Positions 63,182 through 64,000 of a DNA stretch of 64,000 nucleotides are shown one piece after another. A program made the position numbers and the translations under genes. The notes under the pieces were generated by a model. The model ran no database searches, had not been told where the DNA came from, and worked only from the letters and a program-made list of their open reading frames with translations. This DNA is from Phoronis australis (Eukaryota; Animalia; Phoronida). The stretch is taken from contig NMRA01000047.1 of NCBI GenBank assembly GCA_002633005.1, positions 1,017,326-1,081,325 on the forward strand. Direction: 5' to 3'. Position 1 is the stretch's first letter, and every line of letters starts with the position of its first letter.

Positions 63182-64000
63182 CTTAGTGAATAAAAATGAA
63201 TAAACTGAGTTACGATTTTTTTTGGCAACCAAAACTTAAAAAACTTGATACTACTATATGCTTCACTTTCCTGCAACAATTCTACATTAAAGATGTATCT
63301 ATATGCTCCTAACTATGCTAATGTATAGCAGGAACTAAACGACAATGCCATTTAAACATAATCTACACTAAACAAAGTGCAGTTGTATTCACCACAACTT
63401 GTAAATATGAAAACAAAAAATTCTTTAAATATGTGACCTTTGCACTAATGATGTACCTCGGGGGCTCACATAGTACCATTATGCAGTGTTATTCCCCAGC
63501 AGCATGTCACAATAACTACAAACAAGGGAAATTCATTTTACCATGAATTATAAATGCTCCATCGTTTTGAAGCTCTATACCAAAGACACCATCAGACAAT
63601 GCTTTGAGAAATTTTGGGCCTATGCAGCAATATTAGCCATTGAAAATTGAAGAAAGTTCAGTTTTAAACAATCATTTTCTCTCCAAAATTGGTGTTACTG
63701 CAATGTTTTCTTATCTGTTCAGCAACTTTATGAAGCAAGAGATTAGTGCAGATCAGTTTGAACCCAGTGGCCAATTAACCTCTGACATACCCACTACATA
63801 CATTGACCTAGTACTTAAACAAGCTTAAGCTCATGAATATCTGTGTGATAAAACTCGCAGCTTTAACTTATAAACCTCTATTTTCTAACCTTGGAAGAAA
63901 CTTCAAAGTTCTTCAATACTTCATTTTTCACGAGCAATCTAGTTACACCAAGCACAACTTTCCTTGCAGGCAAGTCCATGTACTCTTTGTACTGGCAACC

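Overview
This is AT-rich, intron-dense eukaryotic DNA, most likely from an invertebrate animal (species not identifiable from sequence alone). It holds three conserved housekeeping genes, which I rebuilt exon by exon with GT-AG sites and consistent phases. PSMD1/Rpn2 (26S proteasome subunit, minus strand) has its first 9 coding exons here and runs off the left edge. MED12 (Mediator kinase module, plus strand) is complete: 40 coding exons, about 2082 aa. PFAS (FGAR amidotransferase, minus strand) has its last 13 exons here and runs off the right edge. PSMD1 and MED12 are head-to-head; MED12 and PFAS are tail-to-tail. Three near-identical tandem blocks, each associated with a single N (7691, 10389, 26169), look like uncollapsed haplotypes rather than real duplications. 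The introns carry minisatellites, a CAGGGCTCGAC-ended MITE family, SINE relics, an LTR end and a tRNA-like element. I see no CRISPR array and no convincing novel protein-coding system. The most unusual signal is repeated local tandem duplication on MED12 splice donors and exons, including one in-frame alternative donor and one candidate in-frame cassette exon. Two ARE-consensus motifs also flank the PSMD1 start.
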